Source: Flaccisagitta enflata (taxonomy: Eukaryota). Taken from it: a stretch of DNA of 64,000 bases. The position numbers and the translations under genes were made by a program. The stretch lies in the NCBI GenBank assembly GCA_965153355.1, contig OZ231126.1:48174001-48238000 (forward strand), written 5' to 3'. The first letter of the stretch is position 1; every line of letters begins with the position of its first letter. A model generated the notes under the pieces. It did no database searches. It was not told the origin of the DNA and worked only from the letters and a program-made list of their open reading frames with translations. Positions 26,881-41,532 of this stretch are shown piece after piece.

Positions 26881-28977
26881 AATTTGAGCTTCTAGGCTGT
26901 GATTTGAGCTTCTAGGCTGGGATTTGAGCCTCAAGGTTGGAATGTGAGCCTCAAGGTTGGGATTTGAGCCTTGAGTTTTGGATTTAAGCCTCGAGGTTTG
27001 GATTTGAGCCTGAGGAATATAACTCATCTTCTTCTTTTAGTGTCAATACTAAAGAACCCAAACAAGATGGCATAACTCTTTTCCCATCTTGTTTGAAATT
27101 GATGTTCATCATGATTTTGCGTTATTTTCGCGATTTTTTGCGATTTGAGGTCTTATCAAAATATGGCCGGCGTTTTTCCAAATTTTGAAAAAAATTGAAA
27201 TGGACAGTTGAAATGGTACAGAAAATCATTAAATTTGATAAACCAGGTGTCCAATATATAATTGGAACATCTTTGTCAAAATGCCACCATCCGTGTCCCT
27301 CCCTACCTCTAGGCTGGGATTTGAGCCTCAAGGTTGGAATATGAGCCTCAAGGCCTTGAGGTTGGGATTTGAGCCTTAAGGTTGGGATTTGAGCCTTGAG
27401 GTTGGGATTTGAGCCTTGAGGTTGGGATTTGAGCCTCAAGGCAAGGATTTGGGCCTTGCGGATAGAATTTGGGCCTCAAGGTTAGGATTTTTGCCTCAAG
27501 GCTAGAATATGTGCTTTGAAGAGGGTGGACGGAGAACTAGTCATCCAAGGATTGCACATGGTCAGCGGTACCCGATGCCCTGCTGAAAGTGATCCAGTGA
27601 AGAGGTGGAGTGAGAGCAGGGCAGCGGCCCCATAGGGCCGATGTCCTGTAGAACACAGGGGGGAATTTTGAGATGTCTGTCCTTTTGTCTGTCCTGAGGG
27701 GGCATATTTCAGGTGTTATATGGCTGATTTAGGCCACTGAAGGTATATTTGAGGGCTGGAGGGCAGAATTAAGGCTTAGAGAGCAGATTTGAGGTTTGGG
27801 GAGTTGATTTGATGCTTGGAGGACTAATTTGAGGCCTGGAAGGGCTGATTTGAGGCCTTGAAGGTCAACGGGGGGGGGATGGACGGACGGATGGACGGAT
27901 GGAAGGACGAACGTCTTGAAATTCCCCCCTGTGTTCTACAGGACATCGGCCCTTTGGGGCCGCTGCAAAAAAAGGAGAAATTTCTCCTGTGTGAAAGCAT
28001 AGGACATTGGCCCCATTGGGGCTGCTGCCCAAAAAGGAGGAGAAAATCCCCCTGATGTGTGAAAGCATAGGTCATCAACCCCTTTGGGGCCACCGCCTAA
28101 AAGGACAAACAGACAGATGGATGAACATACAGATTGACAAATATTAGAATTATCACCCCAGTATCCTACCGGGCATTGACCTTGAAAGAGCTGTTTAAAG
28201 CCTGTATGAAGTGTTATGGGAGGGAGACAGACAAACAGAGTGATTGAGAAATAAGGCCTCAGAGGTCTGATTTACCCAAAAGAGGTTTAAGGTCAAATGT
28301 ATAAATGGACATTAAAAACTTAATTGCAGAACATAGACTTAGTGGAGGATGCTGAGAGAGGTATTGAACAAATATATTAATCAAAACCACTCCATGAATA
28401 TTCAAGCAACTCTCTAATAATTGAAAGACAAAAGTTTGTTTTTATTGTCATTTTACCACACTTGCAATGACGCTGAAAGAATTGAAAGACAACATTTGAA
28501 TAACTGTTAGACAGTTTTTTGGACATCTTCTTGACAACGATGTAGGATTTTTTTGAAAACTATTTCAACTTCAAGACAATTAGGACAGGCCTTGGACAAG
28601 TCTAGGACAAGTTATATATTCTAGGACAAATTGAGGAAAATTCAAGGACACTTCAAGGACAAGTCTAGAACACTTCTAAGACAGCTTTGGCGAGTTTAAT
28701 AAACATTTGTTAAGAAAGCTTTTGGCTGAAAGGGATTTTTCTTGATACTTTGGAGTAAGCTTTTTACACTTTTAGGACAACTTCAGCCTTCAGGACAAGT
28801 CTGGGACAACTGTAGGACAAATAGGATTAGTCTTTCAATGCTCTGGGTCATGTTAAGAACAAGTAAGGCATTGAGAATGAACCACCTGAAGGTGATTGAA
28901 CAATCAGAATCAATTGGATTTTACTAAAAAAGATAGAATTTGTGCATTGACTTTAGGTGGCATTTACTGTACTCCTA

Positions 28978-29743
28978 CCCTGTCTTCAAAAGCAACTGTA
29001 ACCAGCAAAAGATCTATTATGCCATAACTATTCCCATCATAAAATTCGGATTGTTTCTGTCTTAAAGCATATCAACTGCCATTTCTTCATGCAAAATTTC
29101 AGCACTTTTTGTCAAGTGGTTTAGCTTCTACATAATTTTGAAAAGTACCCAAATTTACTCAAAATATTGCAATTTTTATATAGAATAAAAAGAGTTAATT
29201 TGTTCAACCTGATGCAAACAGCCTAAAAATTGATTTTGAGTGTCTGTATTGATCCCATACTAAATCATCTTTATTACCAATATGACTTTCTTTCATATCA
29301 TGCATAATCATAAGATATTGCAATCAAAAAAGATAATTTTTCTATTATGAAATGTTGTGAAAATATGAAAAATCAGGGAAAACTTAATAAAAACATAAAA
29401 AATACATCAAAATGTGGGTTTTTTTTGAAACATGATATTGTCTCCTTCAAAAAATCTTCAATTTGAGACCAATCCCAGAGTCTTAGCTCAAAGCGTTTAA
29501 AAGTTACATAGGTTTGAAGTCAATCGCCCCCATCTAAGTCTGAAATGGAAAGCTGTATGGCCATGAGTGATGTTCTACTTTGAAATGGTGCAGAAGCTAA
29601 ACCACTTGACAAAAAGTGCTGAAATTTTGCATGAAGAAATGGCAGTTGATATGCTTTAAGACAAAAAAAATCCAAATTTTGTGATGGGAATAGTTATGGC
29701 ATAATACATCTTTTGCTGGTTACAGTTGCTTTTGAAGACAGGG
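28978..29743. mobile_element. TA-flanked (Tc1/mariner-type) MITE with ~150-bp TIRs, inserted in the right TIR of 22804-29863
   Basis: ta-CCCTGTCTTCAAAAGCAACTGTAACCAG ... CTGGTTACAGTTGCTTTTGAAGACAGGG-ta. Its removal restores the match to the left TIR. Confidence 0.9.
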
Positions 29744-29946
29744 TACAATAGGGATTTTTTTGCCCCTATTTTTCCGACCTCCTCCATAGTGTTTATGAAC
29801 ACCATGTAAAGTCTCATGACATGGTATTTTCATGAGGCTTCTTCCGAAGTCTTTCGAGGTGTGTACCATAAGATTGCAGTTTGCACGTAGAAAATGATCC
29901 CATCAACAGACGGACGGACGGACAAACCGTGAAGCATGCAGGCTTT

Positions 29947-30160
29947 AAACAAGGCCGGATACACGGCCACCAGTTGCGGACGGGTGCGGAGGGGCGGAAA
30001 TGCGCATTTTCCAATTTTTCGACTCGTGGGTTACGGACGGACGGACGGACGGACGGATGGACGGACGGACGGACGGACGGACGGACGGACGGACGGACGG
30101 ACGGACGGACGGACGGACAAAGCCTCTTATAATTATAGAGTTGCGTGTCCGCAACTAAAA
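29947..30160 (+). mobile_element. HINE family A variant (subTIR AGTTGCGGAC)
   Basis: aaacaaggccggatacacggcc..agttgcggac ... (GGAC)n ... agttgcgtgtccgcaactaaaa. Confidence 0.75.
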
Positions 30161-30758
30161 ATAGATTTGCGTAAGAAAGTGGGCGTGTTATAATCGAAAA
30201 ACTAAGGGGGAGATTCGGATAGCCGTCAGAACGGAGAGAGAGTTGTTTTTAGTGGGGGGGGGGGGAGCAAAGTAAGTGTGTTAAAGTAGGTCGATTGATT
30301 TCCGTTCTACGTGCGATTTTTTTCCTCGGAAGGCTGTCGCCCTTAGAAATATTGCTTGGCAACGACCAACAAGTGAGAAAAAGTGAGTAATCAATACATC
30401 GCAAAGGAAGTTTAACTACTTTTCTTTCTCAAAGGAAAACCCCTCTCCCTCCTGTTATGAAAAAGAAAAGACAAGGTTGTCAGATCAAACGGAAGCGGTG
30501 CGTGTTGCAATATCGGAGAAAGCGGTAAGATTTACAAGAAATATCATCAGAGTATAAACAAAAAAAGAAAAAAAAATTATCGATTATAAACAGATTTTAA
30601 CAAAGGCTGCCTCCGAATTAGAGCCCAGAATTGCAGAATCGAAAGCTTTGACATTAATTAATCGCCTCTCCCCTCAAAAAATGTCAAAAAATCCTATTTC
30701 ATGCACATCCCTTGAAACTTCAAAATTACCCTTCATCCTTTAGACCAACAATTTGTCT

Positions 30759-30803
<45 letters not shown>

Positions 30804-30863
30804 AAGATAAATGGCATGGACGCAAACACTAAGCCGACTACTACTCACCCGCTTTAGCGATAT

Positions 30864-31897
<1,034 letters not shown>

Positions 31898-32109
31898 TTT
31901 TTCCCCTCTTTATTTTTTATTTCTTATTCTTCTCCTTCTCTTTCTTCTTCCCTCTTCCCTTTCTTTTCCTGTTTTTTCATCATGTCCTTCTTTTTCTTTC
32001 TAGTCCTTTCCTATATTATTTTACAATAATTCCCCATTCGACAATTGCTAAACCAAAGAGGAAGATTTTCAACACCGAAAAAGTAACACCATAAATAGTA
32101 TTCACTGAG

Positions 32110-32312
32110 TTTTAGTCGCGTGCTACGCGACTCTACAACCCGCTCTGTCGGTCCGTCCGTCGGTCCGTCCATCGGTCTGTCCGTCACACTTTACTTTTTT
32201 TGGTTCTTTGCAGTCTTTGACCTCACTGCTCCTGCCCAAATGATCAAGTGACCTCAAATACGGCCCCTGCCCACCCATGCGACTGGGGTAGCCGTGTATC
32301 CGGCCTTGTTTT
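32110..32312 (-). mobile_element. HINE family A copy (reverse)
   Basis: ttttagtcgcgtgctacgcgact ... gccgtgtatccggccttgttt. Confidence 0.75.
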
Positions 32313-32757
32313 TCTCGAAACAAAAAGAAGAGATTCATGGAGGAACAAGGGTCAGGTTATGTCCACCACTGACCACACCACTGACCACACCACCGCCTTA
32401 ATGTCATTATTACTCGCAGTGGGGAGCGGAGGGGAAATAGTAGGCAAAGTCCATGGATCCAAATAAGGGTATAAGCTCTGCACCGACGGACGGATCAATG
32501 GACGTATTAAATGGTCTTGTAGAATTTCGTGCATGCGAGAAAAAGAATCTTAATCGATCATTTCATTGGGAGGGAAAAATTCCCATGATTCAACTAACAC
32601 TTTTTTTTCCATTGATGGAAAAGGAAAAAATCTGGTTTATATCCTCCAGTTTTTTTAGGTTACGAAATTGTATTGAAAGGAAAGATGGGTCATCGCACCA
32701 TGTGGGTTCATCGACACAGTAATCATTAATCTTGTAACCTAATTAATGAGCGTTGAT

Positions 32758-34427
32758 CTGAGCCGGACTTACCCTCCGCGGGGCCCTAGGCTTGACTAAT
32801 ACCGTGGGCCCCCAGCCCCCCTTCCATGGGCCCTTTCACCCCTTTCCCTTGGCTTTTCCACCCTTGCTGCCCCCTCCTCTTTTTCTTCTAAAAGCCCATT
32901 TGGAATGATATTGATATTTATTTTTTTTTGTATTTGATAAGTGGAACAATATCACAATAAGATTTTTTCTTTAGAATATTGAATGTATTTAATTCTGAAA
33001 AAACATCTGCAGTTTATGGTTTACAACTTAAAAATGAGCAATTCCTTGATACATTAAAAGAAGAAGATGAATTTCTCAATGTTTTATCTGTACCAATGCA
33101 GCTTTTCTTTTTTTTTTAATTGTTTTATTCTTTAATTTTCTTTCTTTCTGTGTTTCTTTTTCTCTTATTTTCTTTTTTTTTCCTTTTTGGGCAGGGGCCC
33201 CGAAGGGCCGATGTCCTGTAGGACACAGGGGTGAATTTCCAGACGTCCGTCCGTCCGTCCGTCCGTCCGTCCATCTGTCCCCCCCCCCGCTAAAGCTTCT
33301 GAGCCTCAAATTCCATTGAATAACATGGAAAATTGAAGAAATGCAAAATTCCCATTGAATAATATGGAAAATTGACAAAAAATGCAAAAATGCGAGATTC
33401 CCATTGAATAACATGGGAAATTTACCAGAAGTTGAAAATATGTGAACACCCTACTAAATAACATGGAAACTTGATAGAATTATGAAATAAATGCAGAATC
33501 CAGATCCGATAGCATGGAAAATTGACAAAAATATTGAAAAAAAAAACAGTGTTCTCATTGAATAACATGAAAAATGGCCCAAAAGCCCAAAGGCCTTCTC
33601 AGGACGTCTGGAAACTCACCCCTGTGTCCTACAGGACATTGCCCCTTTGTGGCCGCTGCTCTGCTCTCACTCTACCTCTGCAGCTAATCACTTCAAGCAG
33701 GGCATCGGGTACCACTGACCATGTGCGATCCTTGGATGACTAGTTTTTTTTCTGTCTTTCTTTTTTTTGGGCAGCGGCCCTGAAGGGGCCAATGACCTAT
33801 ACTTTCACACATGGAGAAATTTCTCCTTCTTCTCCTCCTCCGTCCATCCCCCCCCCACCCTGAGGCTCAAATTCTGGCAGAGATCCAAATTCTAACCTTG
33901 AGGCTCAAAATCTAGCCTTGAGGCCCAAATTCTAGCTGTGAGGCTCATGTTTTACCCCAGAGATCCAAATTCTAACCTTGAGGCCCAAATCCCAACCTCT
34001 TGGCTCAAATCCTAGCCTCAAGGCTCAAATCCCAGCCTTGAGGCTCAAATCCCAGCCTCAAGGCTCAAATCCAAACCTCAAAGCCCCAATTCCAGCCTCG
34101 AAGCCATAATTCCAGCCTCAAGGCCAAAATTCTTGCATCAAGGCTCAAATCCAAGCCTCAAGGCTCTACTCCAAGCCTCAAGGCCCCAATTCCAGCCTTG
34201 AGGCCATAATTCCAAATAAAAACAGCATAGGTCATCGGCCCCTTCGGGGCCTCTGCCCCTCTAACCACCTCACACCCACATACACTCACATAGGGGCAAC
34301 GGGTAGCGCTGACCATCTAATGCTTTTGCGACTATTCTATTTCTTTTTCTTTTTTCCATTCTTTCTTTCTTTATTTTTTTATTTTTTTCTCGTTCTTTCT
34401 TTCTTTCTTTCTTTTTTCTTTTTTTTC

Positions 34428-34475
<48 letters not shown>

Positions 34476-34541
34476 TTTTTCTTTCTTTCTTTCTTTCTTT
34501 CTTTCTTTTTTTCTTTCTTTTTTTTTCTTTTTTTCTTTTTT

Positions 34542-34612
<71 letters not shown>

Positions 34613-34780
34613 CTCTTTCTTTCTCTCTCTTTCTTTTTTTTGATCTTTTTTTTTCATTTTTTTCCCTACATTTGTTTTTTTTCTTGACTTTTTTCTATGT
34701 TGGGGGCCCTACCGCGGGGCCCCCCTTACCGCGGGGCCCTAGGCTTAAGCCTCTTAAGCCTACTGGGAAGTCCGGCTCAG
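32758..34780. mobile_element. Non-autonomous hAT element with nested HINE-like B/C copies
   Basis: TIR CTGAGCCGGACTT / AAGTCCGGCTCAG; exact 8-bp TSD GCGTTGAT; subterminal gggccc repeats. Confidence 0.92.
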
Positions 34781-35094
34781 GCGTTGATATAAAAAGGTTT
34801 ATTATCATTTTAGTTCGAGGACCGCCGGACAAAATGGCGTTTTATGGAAACGGAGTAGGGACGTAAGGGCGATGGCCTATAGTGCGATGTATCTTAACTT
34901 TTTGTCTTTCTTATGAGGACCCTTAAAGGTTTCTATATACCAGAGAAACAGGTCATTTCCCAGATCATCGCTTGCAAAAAGGCCTTGTTATACCACTTCG
35001 ACCCCCCTGGAGGCCGCGATAGAACATGATTTTGGCTTTGCCACTCGGACATGTTTGCAATGTATTTTGGGTGTATCACTGGGACTCAATGTCA

Positions 35095-35609
35095 AATAGT
35101 CGCAAAAGCGTTAGATGGTCAGCGGTACCCGTTGCCCCTATGTGAGTGTAAGTGTGTGTGAGATGGTTATTGGGGCAGCGGCCCCAAAGGGGCCGATGAT
35201 CTATGCTGATTTTATTTGAGCCTCAAGGCTGGGATTTGAGCCTGATTGCTTGGATTTGAGCCGCAAGGCTGGGATTTGAGCCTGGAGGCTGGGATTTGAG
35301 CCTCAAGACTGGGATTTGAACTTTGGAGCTGGGATTTGAGCTTCATGGCTGGGATTTGAGCTGCAATGTTGGGATTTAAGCCTGGAGGCTGGGATTTGAG
35401 CCTTGAGGCTGGGAATTGAGCCTTGAGGCTAGAATTTGAGCCTGGAGGCTGGGATTTGAGCCTCAAGGCTGAGATTTGAGCCTCGAGGCTGGGATTTGAG
35501 CCTTGAGGCTGGGATTTGAGCCTCAACGCTGGGATTTGGGCTTCGAGGAGAAATTTCTGCATATGTGAAAGCATAGGTCATCGGCCCCTTCGGGGCCGCT
35601 GCCCAAAAA
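35095..35609 (+). mobile_element. HINE-like family B, apparently full-length copy
   Basis: aaatagtcgcaaaagcgttagatggtcagcggtacccg; ~35-bp inverted repeats flank the 20-bp array. Confidence 0.8.
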
Positions 35610-36275
35610 GGGCCCTGAGACAAGAACAACTACCTCCGTGCCACACCTTTACTCTCCATTGTAAGAATATGAGTTTTATCTTGCTTTTCTTCCTCTTTAT
35701 TTATTTCAATGCAAATATGGGGTATGGCACAGGGGTAATTGCTGTGATCTGACGCTGTTTTCATTTCACGCATAAGATAAATAAGTTATTGCAAACGGTT
35801 TCATCGTATGTCCAAGTGGCAAAGCCCAATTCATGTTCTACCGCGTCCCCCAACCCATACACAGTGGCAAAACAATTTCCTTATACGCCGCTGCCCCATG
35901 GATGGGGCAGCGGCGGCTCATAGAGAAAAAATGTACTAGTAAGATAGTTATAGTTGATAAAGAGAGATTTACGAGAGCTGTAAAAATCTATCTAAGTTTT
36001 AGAGAGATAGAAAAAAAAGTCATTGACAGAAAAGTACAATTCAAAAGAAAGATTTTACTGCGTATTACCGATCAGATCATTTCGCAAAATTACAAAGTTA
36101 TAAACAATCCTCACTGTACATGGAAATCTGTCAAACCCGGATATCAAGCTGAGAACCTCCGCGGTCATCAGAGCCAATTTTAACGACCCCATGGATCAAT
36201 AACTGCCATCGATGTCTATTAATGAAGACATGAAGTTTATACAAATAGACTCGCACAGCAGCGCCGTTGGAACTG

Positions 36276-36358
<83 letters not shown>

Positions 36359-38751
36359 TACACACACACAAAAAAGCATCTGAAACTCTTGTCTTTTCAA
36401 CTCGTGCTTACGGACGGACCAACGGACGGACCAACGGACGAACCGATGGATGGACTAACGGACGGAAAAACGGATTTAGACAAATAAAGACAGGGAGACA
36501 ATTTTCATTTTCTCAGAATAAGCAGTAGAGAGAGAGAGAGAGAGAGAGAGCGCTGCTAGGGCTCTCTTAAAACGCGAAACGTAGTAAGTGGCCCGATAAA
36601 AAAAAGAAGAAAATAGAGTCTGCTACTTTTCAACTCGGGCTACGATTCTAACCGTCTTCTTTCAAAGGATTGTACATGGCATAGCGTCCTGCAATGGATG
36701 GATGGAGCACCTTCTTCACCTTCATTTACAACAAGAATGATAATCTTCATTAAAATAAAACAATAAATTTTAACCCTCGTCAGAGGAAATGATCTTTGTC
36801 TTGTCGTTGTAATCGCCAAAGAAATGCTTCGTGGGAATTATTATCAATGTCATCATTTTCGTCTCGTTGTCGAAATCGTTGAAAGAGTGTACCTTAGATG
36901 TTGCAAGGAGCTTAGTGTTCACTGTTTCTAGCGCTCTTACTCCCATAAATTGAGAGAGGAAATTTTTTTTATAATTCGAACAACGCGACGGCTCAACCTG
37001 TGTTGGCCCTTTGCGTTGGTGGCAAGCGATGGAATTTTTTATCTAATCTTTATTTTTAGATGCGTCCTCGCATCTCTAAAAGAAGGTCTGTCCGTCCGTC
37101 CGTTGGTCGGTCGGTCGCTCGGTCCGTCCGTCTGTAACGCCTCCTTGAAAATTGCAGTTTTTTTGCACGTTTCAGCCGCGAGGATGTCAGGTATGATGGT
37201 ATCAAGTCATCAGGATATTATGAGAGCCTCATCCGATACTATGTCTTCATCTGTCTGTCCGTCAAAGTCTAGCGCCAAAGTCAATACACGCAGAGACACA
37301 GTCAGGACGCATCGTTGCCTGATCGGGCTTATTCTAACCATGACCAAATAATTGTACAAACAGATGAAAAAGAAAAAACCAAAAGCAACATAGCATCAAA
37401 ACGCAAATCATATGCAATTGAGCGGATACTGACGTTTCCTGTGTGCCTATGCCTGGACCAAAAAAATATCTTATTTTTTCTCGGTGTATCAAATTGCCAA
37501 AATGAATATTTTTTTTTTCCTTCTCGACCTTAGGGATATTTTCATTTCTTGTCAATAAACGTCAGCCACCCCACATCTTCTTATCCGGACCTAGTTGTTT
37601 ATTGTATCGATTTTCTCCTTGTAATATTAAAACAAGGCTAAGTAGGCCAACGATGCGTCCTCTTTGAATGAATGTTTTTCATGAATGAATGTTTCTTATG
37701 AATAATTTTTTTATGAATGCATGTTTTTTTTTTATAAATTATGTCATTTATGAATGAATAAATGATTTAATGAATGAATTACTAAATGTATGCTACTGGG
37801 TTAGAACCACTTTACTGTTGAAAAAATGCATGATTTTTATGTTTTTAATGAATGCGTAACCAATCAACCGACCAACCGACCAACCGACCGATCAACGGAC
37901 ACAACCTATTATAGAGATGCGATGACGCATCTAAAAAGTATCTTTTAACACGAGAGAAAACAATTTTGATGTCCGAGAAAAAAAATCAATAAACAGATTC
38001 AAGGGACACAAACTCACCCATATAAAACCGCCGAAATCAATTTATGGCAAATAACGGTCAAAAAGGGGACACGTTTGACAATAAAATGACAGCTGAGATT
38101 CTAAATTATCAATTGTACAAAGAGATCATCCCAACGCGAAACATGGCAGATCGACCGACGGAATGATATTGTCACTCAAAATCCAGATCACCCTAGCCTG
38201 ACAGGAATTATCTGTCAATCAGGAATTAGATCTCTTGAGTCTTGTCTTTAATCTTGTGTGTTCCCCATCGTCTATGACGCATAAAAATAAATCTTCATCG
38301 ATGTACACAGTATCTAATAATCAATGTTGATAAACGTTTTGACCTCGATAATTGCTCATGCGAGCGATTTTTGAAATCGGAGAATTGTTTTTAATGAAAA
38401 CTCCCTTCCTGTGGAGAAAAACAAAAGCGACTGCGCAAAAACAAAAAAAAATCGGAAATTTGAAGACAAAAGAGCAGCAGATTAACTCCCATCTCGTGAG
38501 CAACCGACCAAACTTCCTCCGGAAGATCGACAAATATTATTTAAGCGATAATTGGAAGCAGAAGGAAGAGAATTGAATTGTAAGACGACGGAAAAAGAAA
38601 AAAAAAATTGCGCCGCTAGAAAAAAAAATATAAAAAGAACAAGAATCAGAAACAATAAGGAGATATTCTCCAAAGAATACTTCAAAAATTGACAATTCTA
38701 TTTCGTGACAAGAGTAACTTTCTTGAAAACGCAGTGAAAATAACGGTGATC

Positions 38752-38758
38752 ATGAAAG
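38752..38758 (+). CDS. Sclerostin/SOSTDC1-like gene, candidate coding exon 1 (ATG AAA G)
   Basis: gatcATGAAAG|GTAAAT. Phase 1 joins exon 2 to give MKGYVWIFFLSSWMSQRVFP, a signal-peptide-like start. Confidence 0.55.
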
Positions 38759-39696
38759 GTAAATAGAGAACAAATGTAAAAAGAGTGGGATAGGTGAAAA
38801 AAGAGTGAACAAGCCGGACTGTGTCTCTGTGTGCATTGAACATGTGACATGAAGAAGATGAATTCCCATTCCTCCAATCATTAAGATTTCCCTTTAACAC
38901 AAAATATTCCCACCCCCATAGTTTAATTGAGAGGAGGGGGTAATAGCTAGGGAGTCGGATCCCCATAGTTCCTTATTTTCAGTAAGATTTAACCTTTGCT
39001 GAATTGACTATCCCTGTCAATGCCAGAAGTCAGCACTAACATCTATCCCTTAACCTAATAGCTATAATGAAAAATTATAATTGTTTGAGAGGTAAGACAA
39101 AAGTTTTGTTTTCTGCATAAAAATTACTTATCCAAAGGTTTTGAATTTCAGTAACCACTAAATTTAGGTCGTACATAAAATTGGATATGTAAGTAAATGA
39201 ATGGAAGCATATACTATACAGAAATGTGTAGCTTTTGAATGTTTTATTCTACTTTTATATGTTAAGTTAATTTTTCAATAACATTTTCCTAAAGTCTTTT
39301 GTAAGATACTTTTTGTTGCACATTTCATGAATGAAGAGACAGATGGACAAATTGACAGATTTAACGACTGAGTAGCAAAGGAGGCTCTAAAACATATTTG
39401 TCGATCATTTGATTCAGTACAGGATCTCACCGCGGCCAAAAACAGCCGAGAAACCCGGTTTTTGTACAAGCGTAATGGACGGACGGACGGGCTGACAGAC
39501 GGACGGACCAACGGACGGACAGACCCTCTTATAGAGTTGCTGTCCTGACGGATGCATCTAAAAAAGAATTTTACAAAAATCTGATTTTATGCCATCAAGA
39601 TGAGAAAACGGAAGTCAATAAGTCGATTTTGATTCTTTACCGTTTTATGTTTTTAAAAAGTAATGCGGGGTTACAATATCGTCGTGGGGCAGACAC

Positions 39697-39784
<88 letters not shown>

Positions 39785-39789
39785 CCGCA

Positions 39790-40473
39790 CACAGTGGGCC
39801 TTAATTGGGTATGGATTTTAAAAAATCCTCAAAGGTAGTGATGTATACTAGTAAGTACCTTTTATAGTGGAGGATTGAAGTTGACTGTTAAAAGAAATTT
39901 CCCTTGAAAATTTTTGCAAAAATCACCAAAATGTTTTGAAATTTTCAAATATTTGATATATAACTTTAGGATTTATGTATTTTAAAGTTCTGATTGAAGA
40001 TTCATATTCCTGGTAAACTTTCCAATCATTTGATAGGTCGCACTATATATTTTTATCAATAAATAAAATTTTCATTTTCTGTGCTATTGTTACAAATAAA
40101 GCAACGGTGGCTTAAAATATAAAAATCTTATTTTTTCATGAAAGTTTATAGTGTGACCTATCAAATGATTGAAAATCTCACCAGGACTATGAATCTTGAA
40201 TCAGAATTTAAAATAGATCTATCCTTGAGATCTATATGTAAATATATAAGAAAATTGATACTTAATAGGGGTTTTCACATTTAGATATCGCCTATGTAAT
40301 ATCTCGATGATATTCCCAATGCGAAAACCCCTATTATTGATTTTTGCAAAAACTAGCAAGGGAAATTTTTTTTCAAAGTTAACATTGGTTCTCCATCATA
40401 AATTGTACCTACTTATGCAAGTCACTACCATCAGGGATTTTTTTTAACTCATATCCAGTTAAGGCCCGCTGTG
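39790..40473. mobile_element. CAC...GTG element with RSS-like termini and 4-bp TSD, in intron 1 of the SOSTDC1-like gene
   Basis: CACAGTGGGCCTTAA / TTAAGGCCCGCTGTG; CGCA on both flanks; imperfect TIRs over 100 bp. Contains a ~72-bp nested hairpin MITE at 40264-40335. Confidence 0.85.
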
Positions 40474-40715
40474 CGCAACATCTAAAATATGCGTTTAAAA
40501 TGCGATTCAACTCGATCATCACAGACCAACGGACGCTCAGTGAGGAGTCGTGAGTCCGCGTCTTGGTCTAAAAACGCAAGTTTTTGTGAATTGAAACAAA
40601 AACTGAATAATTGAAACAAAAATTGGCCACCTGCATCCTTGATAAGATCGAGACGTGTTTGTCTCCAAGCTTTAAATTCAATCATCCACCTGATTATTGG
40701 TCATCATCTAATCTA

Positions 40716-41133
40716 CACTTTTTATTTTCTATAAGAACCTAGTTTATAAGAACATCAAGGCTTCAAATTGCCCCAAAATTAAGAATATTTTAAGAACATA
40801 TGAAGGCTTCATATTCTAAAAGAAATTGTCTGCTAACAATGAAACTTTTGGAACATAGATAAAATACTTTAAATTAGAAGATTTACATCAAAATTCTGCT
40901 ATTTCTACCATAGATACCATAAAATATCCCTTGACTTTATAATTCAGTATCTATTTTAGCAATTATTGATAAAAATACATTTATTTCTAATAATCAATAG
41001 TGTATTAGAAGGTTTGCTATAATTTGTTTATTATCTAAAAACTCTAAGAACATTGAAGGCTTAATTTTGCCTCAAAAATAAGAACATGAAGCCTTCAGAA
41101 AAAAAATGACGTTCTTATAAAAAATAAAAAGTG
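40716..41133. mobile_element. TA-flanked MITE
   Basis: ta-CACTTTTTATTTTCTATAAGAAC ... GTTCTTATAAAAAATAAAAAGTG-ta; subterminal taagaacat..aaggctt repeats. Confidence 0.85.
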
Positions 41134-41373
41134 TAATCTGAACATAAGTTGTACTTTGAATGCTGATACAATGGAAGCGCTGATTGACATCACAACCATG
41201 TTGCAATTTTTACCAATGACACCTAATATACCGTCAAGCTCAGAGTTCTCAATTATGCAAGCGCAAGGGTATCAAAGCCATCTCAGGGGCAAACTTATTT
41301 CTAGTTCCATTTCCCCTCAGTCAGGATCGATCTCAATTCTAACAATCATTCCCATTCCAATTCCGATTTCTAG

Positions 41374-41532
41374 GTTACGTTTGGATTTTCTTCCTCTCTT
41401 CTTGGATGAGTCAGAGGGTATTTCCCGCTCCTCAGCCCGGAGATGCGAAGGGAAAAAGATCATCTTCATCATCCTCATCCTCATCATCCTCTTCATCCTC
41501 ATCTTCTTCACCTCAATTGGAGTCCGCGTTTG
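41374..41532 (+). CDS. Sclerostin/SOSTDC1-like gene, exon 2 (YVWIFFLSSWMSQRVFPAPQPGDAKGKR-S17-PQLESAF)
   Basis: Acceptor ttccgatttctag|, donor TTTG|GTGAGT, phase 1/1, compatible with exon 3. Confidence 0.65.

Larger units (their letters stand above)
22804..29863. mobile_element. ~7.06-kb non-autonomous CAC...GTG element with long TIRs and 4-bp TSD (Chapaev-like), filled with nested elements
   Basis: cacacttcgaaagacttcggaaga... vs ...tcttccgaagtctttcgaggtgtg. TACC on both flanks. Inverted arms extend several hundred bp (ttgtcc vs ggacaa subterminal repeats). Confidence 0.85.

Noticed and set aside
35212-35574. Recurrent RLKSQP/EAQIPAS ORFs (also 10853, 26812, 57399)
   Set aside because: Translations of the 20-bp minisatellite inside family-B elements.
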